In this document: positions 32,101 through 49,942 of the stretch, piece by piece | Numbering within the stretch: position 1 is the first letter of the stretch | Layout: each line of letters begins with the position of its first letter | Assembly (NCBI RefSeq): GCF_009914755.1 | Contig: NC_060925.1 | Origin: the human T2T-CHM13v2.0 reference genome, Homo sapiens | Reading direction: 5' to 3' (one strand) | Length of the DNA: 64,000 nt | Made by a program: the position numbers and the translations under genes | Notes under the pieces: model-generated | The model's input: the letters and a program-made list of their open reading frames with translations, nothing else | Told to the model about the DNA's origin: nothing | Database searches by the model: none

Positions 32101-32136
<36 letters not shown>
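32101..32136 (+). repeat. (ATAG)9 tetranucleotide STR
   Basis: Read directly. Confidence 0.95.
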
Positions 32137-32137
<1 letters not shown>

Positions 32138-33829
32138 CTGTATATATGTGTGTGTGTATAAGAATATTACAGATTTTAAAAAAAAGCTTCTGCTTTATTG
32201 CATTGCTTCTATCCCTCTAAACTCATTTTCCCCTTTAAATTGCATGAATATACAGTCTAAAATAACACATAATATATTCTTGTCAATGAATATAATCAGG
32301 GTTGATTTCCTCAGTACTGTTGCCCCCATCTGTGTTCTTATTAGTATTTATTTTCTTTTCTAACACAAATTATTTCAAGAAAGGGAATTTTTTTTTATAT
32401 ATTTTCAAACAAATTACACTTGTAAATGAAAAACAAATCCTCAAGGAGTTCTGACTTCAAAGTGTCTAAAGGCCAAAACTGGTTATTGGATTACTGATTG
32501 TATCTAAAAAATAACTGCTACATATACAAATGGTTTAAAAGCAAATATATTTTTTAAAAGATACAACTTGCTGGATCTGGCTTTATTTAAAAAATCATTT
32601 CCTCTAAGTGTATTGACATACAAATATGAAAGAATTAATAGTTCTTAAGACTTTTAAAATAACTAACCAATACAAATTTTAGCCTTATTTTCTATCATTA
32701 CAAAATTTACAATCCATAAAATGTTATGGATATTTTTAAGGGAAAGAAGGATTTAAAATTAGAACAAGTCCTTTATTTAGGGCACACTGCTTATAATATG
32801 TAGTCCCAATAAGTGATACAGTAATATTTTTCTCTAAATTTAAGAATGACAGCTAATTCCTTAAAATACTTAGTAATATACACAACTGTGATGCTGATTA
32901 AGTAGTCTAAAACTCTTTATAAGTTTATCTGTTTAGAAACTGGAATTGAAACATTGGCTTAATTGTATCTTATAATTAGCTGATTAAAGACATGGATAAT
33001 TTACAAGAAGCTGTATAAAAAAGCAATTGTTTTATAAAGTCTTCACATTTAGTTTTATTAAAAATGTGATCTTATCATGACATTGTTAGGAGACAGCTCT
33101 TTATGGCTCTGTCACATTTCTGCATATCTTTTTCTGGACTGATCACCCTTCTCTAGACTATCTCAGCAAAGATGTTTGTAGAAAAAATGACCTTGAAAGA
33201 TGAAGATCGTGCCCCTCCCCATGGACATGCACATCCTGAGCTAATGGCAGTTTCCTTTAGTTTTCATTTTCTGCCAGCCTTTATAATACTTTTTACATTA
33301 TAAGTAGTTCTTGATAGTCACCTCCCTGCTTAAATGTTGTGACGGTTAATACTGAGTGTCAACTTCATTGGATTGAAGGATGCACAGTATTTATCCTGGG
33401 TGTGTCTGTGAGGGTGTTGCCAAAGGAGATTAACATTTGAGTCAGCGAGCTGGGAAAGGCAGACCTACCCTTAATCTGGGTGGGTGCCATCTAATCAGCT
33501 GCCACCATGGTCAGTATATAAAGCAGGCAGAAAAATGGGAAAAGGCTAGACGGGCTTATCTTCCCAGCCTACATCTTTCCCCCATGATAGATGCTTCCTG
33601 CCATGGAACATCAGATTCCAAGTTCTTCAGCTTTGGGACACAGACTGAATTCCTTGCCTCTCAGCTTGCAGATGGCCTATTGTGGCACGTTGTGATTGTG
33701 TGAGTTAATACTGTTTAAAAAATTTATATATATATGTATATATATGTATATATATATTTTATTAGTTCTGTCCCACTACAGAACCCTGACTAATACAGAT
33801 TTTGGTACCAGGAGTTGGCTGCTTAATAT

Positions 33830-35440
33830 GATTAGACCCCAAAATGCTAAAGACTCTACTTCTAATACCATGGAGAACACTGATAGTCCTTGGTGTCAGC
33901 TATTTAGAGAGTTATGCAGAATAAATACATTTAATACTCTTGATTCACCACTTGTGACAGGCAAGGAACTTAGTAACTATACATAATACCTTTGACATAT
34001 GTGGAGAACAAAGGGACATAACAAAGTTGGTTGGTTGGTCCTAAGTTCACTGGACAAAGTGATGAAAGAAAATGGTGAACTCAGGGATTGCAACTCCCAG
34101 CTTCAGAAGTAGATATTGAGCCTCAAATCTGGTAATATTGCCCTGAGTGAGAGTCTTATCTCCTGTAGAGAAAGAGCTGAAATTGTGGAAAAATAGACAC
34201 AAGTTCTTATCATGTGAGTGGCTGACCTGCAACAAAAGGTGCATGCACAGCCTCGCCAGGTGTCTACGTGAAAGTGAGGGCATTGATTGGAAAAGAATGG
34301 GACCCTGCTACTTGGAATGGGGATATGTGTGAGGACCCTGATGAAGCTGCAAACACTGAGCTTGTAAACGTTGATGAACCTTTTTTGCCAGAAAAACAGC
34401 TTCCCCCTCCCTAGTAGTGGCAACATTCCCTTCCCAACCCATGCTGCAATCAGTTTTTCCACCTTTTTCTGAAGAGATAAACCCTGCACTGCCCGAGGCA
34501 ACAGTGATGGTCTCCCCTGAGGCAGTTGTCAGGCTGATAATGTTGTTTCTCCTTAGGAACCACCCACAACACACCTGTTTGCTTCTAGACCTATAACTAA
34601 AGTCTCAGCAGGCCCCTAGAGGTGAGGTTGAGTGTGACCCATGAAGAGGTACCCTACACTCAAAAAGAACTGCTTGAATTTTCTAATTTATATAAGCAGA
34701 AATCTGGAAAGCAGACATGGGAATGGATATTAAGCATGTGGGATAATGGTGGAAGGAACATAGAGTTGGATCAGGGTGAATTTATTGATTTGGACCTGCT
34801 AATACAGATTCTGCATTTAATGTTGCAGCTCAGGGAGTTAAGGTTCTTCTAGTTTATTTGCTTGATTAGCTGAAATATAGATTAAAAGATGACTCACTGT
34901 GAGTGAGCTGGAAATGCCTCATCTCCCCTGGTTTAATGTAAAAGAAGGGATCTGAAGGCTTAGGGAGATTGGGAGGGTAGAGTGGATTAGTCACTTTAGA
35001 CCTACTCATCCCAACTGGGAGGGGCCAGAAGATATAACCTTGACCAATGTTTTGCAAAATAGATTTGCAAGGGCAGTACCTGCGTCTTTGAAGAGCCCCG
35101 TAATTGCTTTTCTCTGTATGTCAGATACAACAGTGGGAACTGCTGACACTCAACTACAAAACTTAAACATAATGGAAGTAATTGGATCCTGAGGTGGTAG
35201 GGGCCAAGTGGTGGCACTCAACCATCAAAGGCAAGGTGGACGTAGCTACCATAATGGACAGCAGAGGCAAAGCAATCAGAATAATTTGATTCATATAGAG
35301 CTCTGGCATTGGCTAATCACAGTGTTTTTAGAAGTGAAATTGATAGGAAGCCTACTGCCTTTCTACTTAATTTATATAAGCAAAAAACTTCCAGGTCGAA
35401 TGGACAAAAGACTAATTTGAATTATAAAAACAGACAATCA
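33830..35440 (+). pseudogene. gag: HERV-L gag remnant (stops and frameshifts)
   Basis: Fragments such as YTQKELLEFSNLYKQKSGKQTWEWILSMWDNGGRNI lie in the gag position after the PBS. Confidence 0.75.
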
Positions 35441-35599
35441 TGATCCGTCAATCAATTTCCAGACTTAAGCCAGTTTACAGACCTGGAACCCCTCGAATAA
35501 AGGGGTGGCTCAGTCCCCTTGAGAAAGGACCCCACTACACTACAGACAATTTATGCTATTAATCTTTCTCCCATCCTTCTCCAAGGAGACTTCTGGCCT

Positions 35600-38260
35600 T
35601 TTACCAGGGTAACTGTGCATTGGAAAAATGGAAACAATCAGACATGTCCAGTAGTCCACTGGTTCTGAACTGATGTTGATTCCAGGGGACCCAAAACGTC
35701 ATTTTGGTACTCTAGTTAAAGTATGATGCCATTCTAGCTGCCTCTACCTAGAAAAATAGTAAATCAAAAACAATGTCGCATCCCTGGAGGGATTGCAGAC
35801 ATTAGTGCCACCATCAAGGACTTGAAAGACACAGGGATGGTGATTCTCACTACATCCCCATTCAACTCTCTTATTTAGCCTGTGCAGAAGACAGGTAGAT
35901 CTTGGAGAATGATGGTGTATTATCATAAACTTAACCAAGTGGTGACTCCAATTGCAGTGCTGTACCAGATGTGGTTTCATTGCTTGAGCAAATTAACATG
36001 TCTCTTGGTACCTGGTATGTAGCCATTAATTTGGCAAATGCCTTTTTTTCCATTTCTGTCCATAAGGCCCACCAGAAGCAATTTGCCTTCAGCTGGCAAG
36101 GCCAGCAGTACACCTTTACTGTCCTACCTCAGGGTTATATCAACTCTGTAGCTTGGTGTCATAATCTTATTTGGAGAGACCTTGATCGCTTTTCACTTCC
36201 ACAAGATATCACATTGGCCCATTACGTTGATGACATTATGCTGATTGGATCCAGTGAGCAAGAAGTAGCAAACACACTGGTCTTATTGGTGAGTCATTTG
36301 CATGCCAGAGGATGGGAAATAAATTTGACTAAAATTCAGAAACCTTCTACCTCAGTAAAATTTCTAGGGATCCAGTGGTGTGGGGCCTGTTGAGATATTC
36401 CTTCCAAGGTGAAGGATAACTTGCTTCATGTGGCCCCTCCTACAACCAAGAAAAAGGTACAATGTCTATTTGGATTTTGGAGGCAACATATTCTTTATTT
36501 TGGTGTGTTACTCCGGTCCATTTATCGAGTGACCCAAAAGGCTGCCAGTTTTGAGTGGGGTCCAGAGCAGGAGAAGGCTCTGCAACAGGTCCAGACTGCT
36601 GTAAAAGCTGCTCTGCCACTTGGGCCATATGACCCAGCAGATCCAATGGTGCTTGAGGTGTTAGTGGCAGATACGGATGTTGTTTGGACCCTTTGGCAGG
36701 CCCCCATTGGTGAATCACAGCAGAGGCCTCTAGTATTTTGGAGCAAGGCTCTTCCATCTTCTGCAGATAACTACTCTTCTTTTGAGACAGCTCTTGGCCT
36801 GTTACTGGGCTTTGGTGGAAGCTGAATATTTGGCTATGGGTCATCAAGTCACCATGCAACCTAATTGCCTATCATGAACTGGCTGTTTTCTGACCCATTT
36901 AGCTATAAAGTGGGTCATGTACAGCAGCATTTCATCATCAAATAGAAGTGGTATATATGTGATTGGGCTCGAGCATGTCCTGAAGGCCCAAGTAAGTTAC
37001 ACGAGGAAGTGGCTCAAATGCCCATGGTCTCCATTTCTGCCACCCTTCATTCACTTCCCCAGCCTGCACTGATGGCCTCATGAAGAGTTCCCTGTGATCA
37101 GTTGACAGAGGAACAGAAGACTAGGTCCTGGTTCACAGATGGTTCTGCACGATATGCAGGCACCACCCGAAAGTGGACAGCTGCAGCACTACAGCCCCTT
37201 TCTAGGACATTCCTGAAGGACAGCAGTGAAGGGAAATCTTCCCAGTGGGCAGAACATCGAGCAGTACACTTGGTTGTGCCCTTTGCTTGGAAGAGAAATG
37301 GCTAGATGTGCGATTATATACTCATTCATGGGCTATAGACAATGGTTTGGCTGGATGGTCAGGGATTTGGAAGAACCATGATTGGAAAATTGGTGACGAA
37401 GACATTTGAAGAACAGATATGTGGATAGACATCTCTGAGTGGTCAAAAACTGAAAATATTTGTACCCCATGTGAGTGCTCGCCAATGGGTGACCTCAGCA
37501 GAAGAGGAATTTAATAATAAAGTGGATGACCCATTCTGTGGACACAACTGAGTCTCTTTCCCCATCCACCCCTGTCATTGCCCAATGGTCCCATGAACAA
37601 AGTGGCCATGGTGGCAGGGATGAAGGTTATGCATGGGCTCAGCAAATGGACTTCCACTTACCAAGGCTGACCTGGCTATGGCCTCTGCTGAATGCCCAAT
37701 TTTCCAGCAGCAGAGACTAACACTGAGCCCTCAATATGATATCATTTCTCGAGGTGATCAACCAGCTACCTGGTGGCAGGTTGATTATATTGGACCTCTT
37801 CTGTCATGGGAAGGGCAGAGATTTGTCTTCAAGGAATAGACACTTACTCCAGATATGCATTTGCCTATCTTGCACACAATGCTTCTGCCAAGACCACCAT
37901 CCATGGACTCATGGAATGCCTTATCCACCATCATGGTATTCCACACAGCATTGTCTCTGACCAAGGCACTCACTTTATGGCTAAAGAAGTGCGGCAGTGG
38001 TCTCATGCTCATGGACTTCACTAGTCTTACCATGTTCCTGACCATCCTGAAGCAGCTGGATTGATAGAACAGTGGAATGGCCTTTTGACGTCACAATTAC
38101 AATGCCAACTAGGTGACAATACTTTGCAGGGCTGGGGTGAAGTTCTCCAGAAAGCTGTGTATATTCTGAATCAGAGTCCAATATATGGTACTATTTCTCC
38201 CATAGCCAGGATCCCCAGGTCTAGGAATCAAGGGGTAGAAGTGGAAGTGGCACCACTCAC
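35600..38260 (+). pseudogene. pol: HERV-L pro-pol remnant (protease, RT, RNase H, integrase)
   Basis: RT: LANAFFSI...QFAF...VLPQGY...HYVDD (35971-36393). RNase H: WFTDGSA (37102-37305). Integrase: WQVDYIGPL, IVSDQGTHF, IEQWNGLL. Multiple stops and frameshifts. Confidence 0.92.
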
Positions 38261-38640
38261 CATCACCCTTAGTGATCCACTAGCAAAATTTTTGCTTCCT
38301 GTTCTCATGACATTACATTCTGCTGGCCTAGAGGTCTTAGTTCCAGAGGGAGGAATGCTGCCACCAGGAGACACAACAATGATTCCATTAAACTGGATGT
38401 TAAGATTGCCACCTGTACACTTTGGGGTCCTCCTACGTTTAAGTCAACAGGCTAAGAAGGGAGTTACAGTGTTGACTGGAGTGATTGACCTAGACTATAA
38501 AGATGAAATCAGTCTACTACTCCACAATGGAGGTAAGGAAGAGTATGCACTATGCATGGAATACACAAGATCCATTAGGGCGTCTCTTAGTACTACCATG
38601 CCCTGTGATTAAAATCAATGGTAAACTATAACAGTCCAAT
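38260..38640 (+). pseudogene. HERV-L dUTPase-like region downstream of integrase
   Basis: LPPGDTTMIPLNW...GVTVLTGVIDLDYKDEISLLLHN resembles the dUTPase GxIDxDYxGEI motif, in the ERV-L-specific position after integrase. Confidence 0.75.
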
Positions 38641-39606
38641 TTAGGCAGGAATACAAATGGCCCAGACCCTTCAGGAATGAAGGTTTGAGTCACTCCACCA
38701 GAAAAAAAACAAAAAAAAACAAAAAAAACATGATCTGCTGAGGTGCTTACTGAAGGCAAAGGGAATACAGAATGGGTAGTAAAGAAGGTAGTCATCAATA
38801 CCAACTACGACCACGTAACCAGTTGCAGAAACGAGGACTGTAACTGTCATGAGTATTTCCCCCTTCTTTTGTTAAAAACATGTTTGTGCATGTGTACACT
38901 AGTTCTAAGAAAATATCTTCATTTTATTTCCTTTTTCCTTTATCATGTGACATAAGATTTATTTACTTCATATCAGCATTTAAGTATTGTTAACTTTATA
39001 TAGCTTTTGGGTTGGGAGTTGGTGCGTTTCAAGTTGTACGAAGGATAGTTGTATTATGTTAGGCATAATTGTAACCTTATTATTGTCTTTATTTGAAGAT
39101 TATATATGATCTTAGGAGATGTGTATGGGTTCAATTTGACAAGGGGTGAACTTGTGATGGTTAATATTGAGTGTCAACTTGGTTGAATTGAAGGATGCAA
39201 AGTATTGATCCTGGGTGTGTCTGTGTGGGTGTTGCCAAAAGGGATTAACATTTGAGTCGGTGGGCTGGGGAAGGCAGAGGCACCCTTAATCTGTGTGGAC
39301 ACAATCTAATCAGCTGCCAGCATGGCCAGGATATAAAGCAGGCGGAAAAACATGAAAAGGCTAGACTGGCTTAGACTCCCAGACTTCATCTTTCTCCAGT
39401 GCTGGATGCTTCTTGCCCTGGAACATCAGACTCTTAAGTTCTTCAGCTTTGGGACTCAGACTGACTTCCTTGCTCCTCTGCTTGCAGACGGCCTGGTGTG
39501 GGACCTTGTGATCATATGAGTTAATATTCCTTAATAAATTCCCCTTTATATGTATACCTATCCTATTAGTTCTGTTTCTCTAGCAAATCCTGACTAATAC
39601 AAATGT

Positions 39607-40088
<482 letters not shown>

Positions 40089-40365
40089 CGGGTCTTGCTC
40101 TGTCACCCAAGGTGGAGAGCGGTGGCATCATCACAGCTTACTGCAGTCTCAACTTCACAGGCTCAAGCAATCCTCCTACCTCATTGTCCTGAGTAGCTGA
40201 GACTGCAGGCATGTGCCACCATGCCCCGCTAATTTTTGTATATTTTCTAGAGACGGGGTTTCTGCATGTTGCCCATGCTGGTCTGGAACTTTTTGGCTCA
40301 AGCAGTTCACCTGCCTCGGCCTCCCAAAGTGCTAGGATTACAGGCGTGCACCACTGTGCCTGGCC
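40089..40365 (-). mobile_element. AluJ
   Basis: GCTCAAGCAATCCTCC and GGCTCAAGCAG AluJ-type diagnostics; high divergence. Confidence 0.88.
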
Positions 40366-40945
40366 AACTTAAATGTTTTCAATGGTGGTACACTGCTTTT
40401 AGAATAAATATGAGAACATTCAAATAATCCATGGAATCTTCTATGTCCAAGGCTTCGCTTACCTCTTAAGCTCTATCTCCTCCACAATTTTCTCACATTC
40501 TCCTTGCAATAACACTGACCTTTCTTTTTATTCCTAATACTGGGAATTCATTTCCACGTCTCCTGTGCCCTGAAGGCTCTGAAAATCCCTTTTAACGTAT
40601 TTAACATCTACTCATGCTTTAGTTTTTAGCACAGACACGACTCTTTCAAAGAAACTTTAGCTAAATCCCAAGGCACAAGCAGATATTTATGTTATACTAC
40701 TGTATAACTTCTTCTAATATTCCTTACCATCGTTAATTACATTTTGAAATCAGATTTTTTTTTGTGATTTTTTAATGTTGTTTCACTTATTAGATTTTAA
40801 ACTTCATGCAGGGAAGAACCAGAGTCCTTTGGGTGATAATTGCCATTCATAAGATGCCCAAAAGAATGTCACACATAAAACCTCACTTATACATAGTAGA
40901 TAAAAATACATAATATTTATTGAGCATTTAATATGTCACAAGAAC

Positions 40946-41185
<240 letters not shown>

Positions 41186-44044
41186 GTGACAAGAACTTCT
41201 ATAATTATGTAAGATACAGCAGTAACAAATCGTGGTTTGTAATGTCATGAACTTTATATTTTTTGCAGGAGAGAAAACACCGTAGAGTGATTAGACTTTC
41301 TGGTTCTGAGGCCACAGTGTCTGTTTATAGTCCTGGCTCTGCAACTGATAAACTGAAAGACCAAGATTTTAATAGCTTTCATTCTGACACAAAGTAAGCT
41401 ACTCAATGAGTATCAGTTATTATATGTATTTCTAATGTGTGCAAAGTGCCTAAGCCATGGTAGGTAGGTGGCTATAAGCAGTTAAAATTCTTCCTGTTCT
41501 TCAACAAAAAAGTAATCATTGAGAAATTAACAGGAGAATTAAAACAACTGTCTACCCTTTCCCATGTGCCCTTTTTCTTTAGAGTTCACTCTGCTGAGGT
41601 CACTTCTTGCTTAGGATAAAATACTAAAATTATAAAAGTTGTCCCATGTCTTTTACTATCAAAAATCCTCCAAAAATTGTGGATAAACTCTTCTTTTTTT
41701 AATTTTTAGTAATTAAACTCCTGGGATCTAGGTTAAAAATTAAAGTTGGAAATTATTAAATAATTGTTATATAGAAGCTGATCAATCTAAGAACACTGAG
41801 TTGAAAAAGTATATATCCATACATTATTTTAAGCATCTGTGGCATTCTTAAAGCTAAGTATAAAAAGATGAACAAGCTTCTCATCCCCAATTTTTTCTTT
41901 CTGTCAAGAAAAGACTAGTTTTAAAATATGTCAGTATTTATATAGAAACAAAACTAGATTTACTACAAAATATGCACAATTTAGATAGTTCACGATGAGG
42001 TTTAAATGCTTCTGATAATTAAAAAATGCCATAGGTAAAGCACTTATGAGGATATACAATAGCAAGGAAGCCAAATGTAAAGTAAATTAAGGATGAGGTA
42101 GTCAAAAGGGTCGAGTTTTGCCGAATAAAGTTTGAAAGAAAATCATTGAAGAGGTGAGGTTAATTAAAAGTTAGTACCAAAAATCTATTTACCTAAACAT
42201 GGGATGGAAAGAGTTCACTAAATGTAGGTAATAAGAAAAAGTGTGCAATCTACAACAGTAGCTAAATTAGAGAAGAACAAAGTTTATACTGGAAGTCAGG
42301 AAACAGGTTTTCTTCCTAGCTGTCTAACTAAATGGTAAAAAAAAAAAAAAAAAAAAAAAGCAATTTTTGAGAAAACCTACTTCATAGCATTTTGTTCCAT
42401 GAAACTAGAAAAGCAGAAATTTCTCTCAAACTCTTGTAGTCCATCTCCATGTGAAAGGTTTAAAGCAAAAGAAATGAAAATAACAATGTACTGTTGAATG
42501 TGAATTGGTGTTTCTAGGGGACTGGATTAGACCATCAATTTAGGTTTCAGATCAAAGAAGGCCTTTTTTCTACTTCAACCTCTTTCCTCATTAACCCAAG
42601 GTGAATATACTATAGGATCCCTACAATCCCTCAATATTTCCGAAACTGAAAAGTTCTTAGTATGCACAAACATTTTCCAAAGTTTGTGGCAAACTCATTC
42701 ACTGTCATAAAACGACATACTCTAAATGTTCATAAGTTTTGGCAAATAATCACTATATATGATCTGATAATGTGTTAAACTAAGAGTCACTGGTCAAACT
42801 CCCACATTATTTGCCCTTACGATTTTGTAAGGGGTAGAGGCCCCAACTCCTCAGTATGTGCCATATATTCCTCTTAAAATATCAAAAACTCTGAAACCTG
42901 AAATTATTTTTTCTTGAATCTTCTCTCACCTGTGATGTTGAACTACACTGGTAACTTCAGTAAGAATGAGGCAGAGAGAGAAAAACTGCGTTGTTCCTTC
43001 TAAAGACTTAGTTATGAATAAACTTAATAGTCATGCTATGTGTATGGGGGGTGTGGGGAAGAAGGGAGAGTGACAGAAGATCATTCCTTGTAGGAATAGG
43101 CAATGACCCTTGCACTTCAGAAGAGAGAGAAATAAGAGATGGCATTAATTTTTTGTGTCTCTTTAAATTTCTATCCTTGATTATTATCAGTTTACAATCC
43201 TTCCTGTTGTGCAGGAGTAAAGAAATGAGTGCAAGAAAATGCCTTGAGAGCTTTCCTGCTTTGGATGCTAACACTAACTTAATATGTAGTTAAGATTCCA
43301 AGGCCCAGGGAAGTTAAATTTCCTGATGTCTTAAAGAGAAACTCTTCAAGTTTTGTGATAGTTTAATATCATGATACATAGAAAAACACTTTGAAAACAT
43401 AAAGCTTTATAAAAATTAAAAGAATATGATTATTATTGTTGAAGAAAAATAGTTGCTTATTCAAATACGAGTCAAGATCCCTAATCTAAAAATCTGAAAT
43501 GTTCCAAAATCTGAAATGTTTTGAGCACTGACATGACGCCACAAGTAGAAAATTCCACAGCTGATCTCACATGACAGGTTGCATTCAAAATGCAGGTGCA
43601 CAACATACATTTTATTCAGTATATCCATGGGAAAACAGGCTCTCCTAGCCCCTTTTCTGCGCATGCCTAGATTCCCCCATGCAAGCACACCTACAAAGGG
43701 TCATAAAATGGCACATAAGCAGGCTACTTGTGCCAGTGGCAGGTTCTCCATGATCCTCCACATGAGGCCAAGACCTACATGTGTCACTCACTGCAGTTGT
43801 TGATTTTTTATTTATTTATTTTTTTATTTTTATTTTTTTATTATACTTTAAGTTTTAGGGTACATGTGCACATTGTGCAGGTTAGTTACATATGTATACA
43901 TGTGCCATGCTGGTGCGCTGCACCCACTAACTCATCATCTAGCATTAGGTGTATCTCCCAATGCTATCCCTCCCCCCTCCCCCTACCCCACCACAGTCCC
44001 CAGAGTGTGATATGCCCCTTCCTGTGTCCATGTGATCTCATTGT

Positions 44045-47874
<3,830 letters not shown>

Positions 47875-47937
47875 TATGATGTTAGCTGGTTATTTTGCTC
47901 TTTGGTTGATGCAGTTTCTTCCTAGTCTCGATGGTCT

Positions 47938-48954
47938 TTACATTTTGGCATGATTTTGCAGCGGCTAGTATCGGTTGTTCCTTTCCATGTTTAGCACTTC
48001 CTTCAGGAGCTCTTTTAGGGCAGGCCTGGTGGTGACCAAATCTCTCAGCATTTGCTTGTCTGTAAAGTATTTTATTTCTCCTTCACTTATGAAGCTTAGT
48101 TTGGCTGGATATGAAATTCTGGGTTGAAAATTCTTTTCTTTAAGAATGTTGAATATTGGCCCCCACTCTCTTCTGGCTTGTAGGGTTTCTGCCGAGAGAT
48201 CCACTGTTAGTCAGAAGGGCTTCCCTTTGAGGGTAACCCAACCTTTCTCTCTGGCTGCCCTTAACATTTTTTCCTTCATTTCAACTTTGGTGAATCTGAC
48301 AATTATGTGTCTTGGAGTTGCTCTTCTCGAGGAGTATCTTTGTGGCATTCTCTGTATTTCCTGAATCTGAACATTGGCCTGCCTTGCTAGATTGGGGAAG
48401 TTCTCCTGGATAATATCCTTCAGAGTGTTTTCCAACTTGGTTCCATTCTCCCCATCACTTTCAGGTACACCAATCAGACGTAGATTTGGTCTTTTCACAT
48501 AGTCCCATATTTCTTGGAGGCTTTGCTCATTTCTTTTTATTCTTTTTTCTCTAAACTTCCCTTCTCACTTCATTTCATTCATTTCATCTTCCATTGCTGA
48601 TACCCTTTCTTCCAGTTGATCGCATCAGCTCCTGAGGCTTCTGCATTCTTCACGTAGTTCTCGAGCCTTGGTTTTCAGCTCCATCAGCTCCTTTAAGCAC
48701 TTCTCTGTATTGGTTACTCTAGTTATACATTCTTCTAAATTTTTTTCAAAGTTTTCAACTTCTTTGCCTTTGGTCTGAATGTCCTCCCATAGCTCAGAGT
48801 AATTTGATCATCTGAAGCCTTCTTCTCTCAGCTCGTCAAAGTCATTCTCCATCCAGCTTTGTTCCGTTGCTGGTGAGGAACTGTGTTCCTTTGGAGGAGG
48901 AGAGGCGCTCTGCTTTTTAGAGTTTCCAGTTTTTCTGTTCTGTTTTTTCCCCAT
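47938..48954 (-). pseudogene. L1 ORF1, disrupted
   Basis: RPNLRLIGVPE and YPAKLSF motifs fall in separate ORF pieces (48211-48498 and 47965-48204). Confidence 0.92.
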
Positions 48955-49408
48955 CTTTGTGGTTTTATCTACTTTTGGTCTTTGATGATGGTGATGTACA
49001 GATGGGTTTTTGGTGTGGATGTCCTTTCTGTTTGTTAGTTTTCCTTCTAACAGACAGGACCCTCAGCTGCAGGTCTGTTGGAATACCCTGCCGTGTGAGG
49101 TGTCAGTGTGCCCCTGCTGGGGGGTGCCTCCCAGTTAGGCTGCTCGGGGGTGAGGGGTCAGGGACCCACTTGAGGAGGCAGTCTGCCCATTCTCAGATCT
49201 CCAGCTGCGTGCTGGGAGAACCACTGCTCTCTTCAAAGCTGTCAGACAGGGACATTTAAGTCTGCAGAGGTTACTGCTGTCTTTTTGTTTGTCTGTGCCC
49301 TGCCTCAGAGGTGGAGCCTACAGAGGCAGGCAGGCCTCCTTGAGCTGTGGTGGGCTCCACCCAGTTCGAGCTTCCTGGCTGCTTTATTTACCTAAGCAAG
49401 CCTGGGCA

Positions 49409-49624
49409 ATGGTGGGCGCCCCTCACCCTGCCTCACTGCCGCCTTGCAGTTTGATCTCAGACTGCTGTGCTAGCAATCAGCGAGACTCCGTGGGCATAGG
49501 ACCCTCCGAGCCAGGTGCGGGATATAATCTCGTGGTGCGCCGTTTTTTAAGCTGGTCGGAAAAGCGCAGTATTCGGGTGGGAGTGATCCGATTTTCCAGG
49601 TGCGTCCATCACCCCTTTCTTTGA
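49409..49624 (+). CDS. LINE-1 ORF0 (71-aa antisense ORF in the 5'UTR), intact reading frame
   Basis: ATG at 49409 in GCAATGG context; MVGAPHPASLPPCSLISDCCASNQRDSVGIGPSEPGAGYNLVVRRFLSWSEKRSIRVGVIRFSRCVHHPFL*; 216 nt. Expression not shown. Confidence 0.8.
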   Translation: MVGAPHPASLPPCSLISDCCASNQRDSVGIGPSEPGAGYNLVVRRFLSWSEKRSIRVGVIRFSRCVHHPFL

Positions 49625-49942
49625 CTCGGAAAGGGAACTCCCTGACCCCTTGAGCTTCCCAAGTGAGGCAATGCCTCGCCCTGCTTCGTCTCGCGCACAG
49701 TGTGCGCACCCACTGACCTGCGCCCACTGTCTGGCACTCCCTAGCGAGATGAACCCGGTACCTCAGATGGAAATGCAGAAATCACCCTTCTTCTGCGTCG
49801 CTCACACTGGGAGCTGTAGACCGGAGCTGTTCCTATTTGGCCATCTTGGCTCCTCCCCCCCATCTTGGCTCCTCCCCCCTGTTGTTGATTTTTTATTTTT
49901 TTTATTCTCCACTGTTCTGTGATGTAAAAAATATTGTTGAAA

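Larger units (their letters stand above)
33338..39601 (+). mobile_element. HERV-L provirus with two MLT2A LTRs (33338-33797, 39153-39601)
   Basis: Direct-repeat LTRs TGTGA.GGTTAATA...GACTAATACA; 5-bp TSD AATGT at 33333-33337 and 39602-39606; PBS remnant TGGTACCAGGAG; polypurine tract (PPT) AAGGGG before the 3' LTR; RT/RNase H/integrase/dUTPase remnants; no env. Confidence 0.95.

Noticed and set aside
35971-38612. Domesticated or functional HERV-L pol/dUTPase gene
   Set aside because: Fragmented frames, inverted protease active site, and degenerate integrase zinc-finger and dUTPase motifs.
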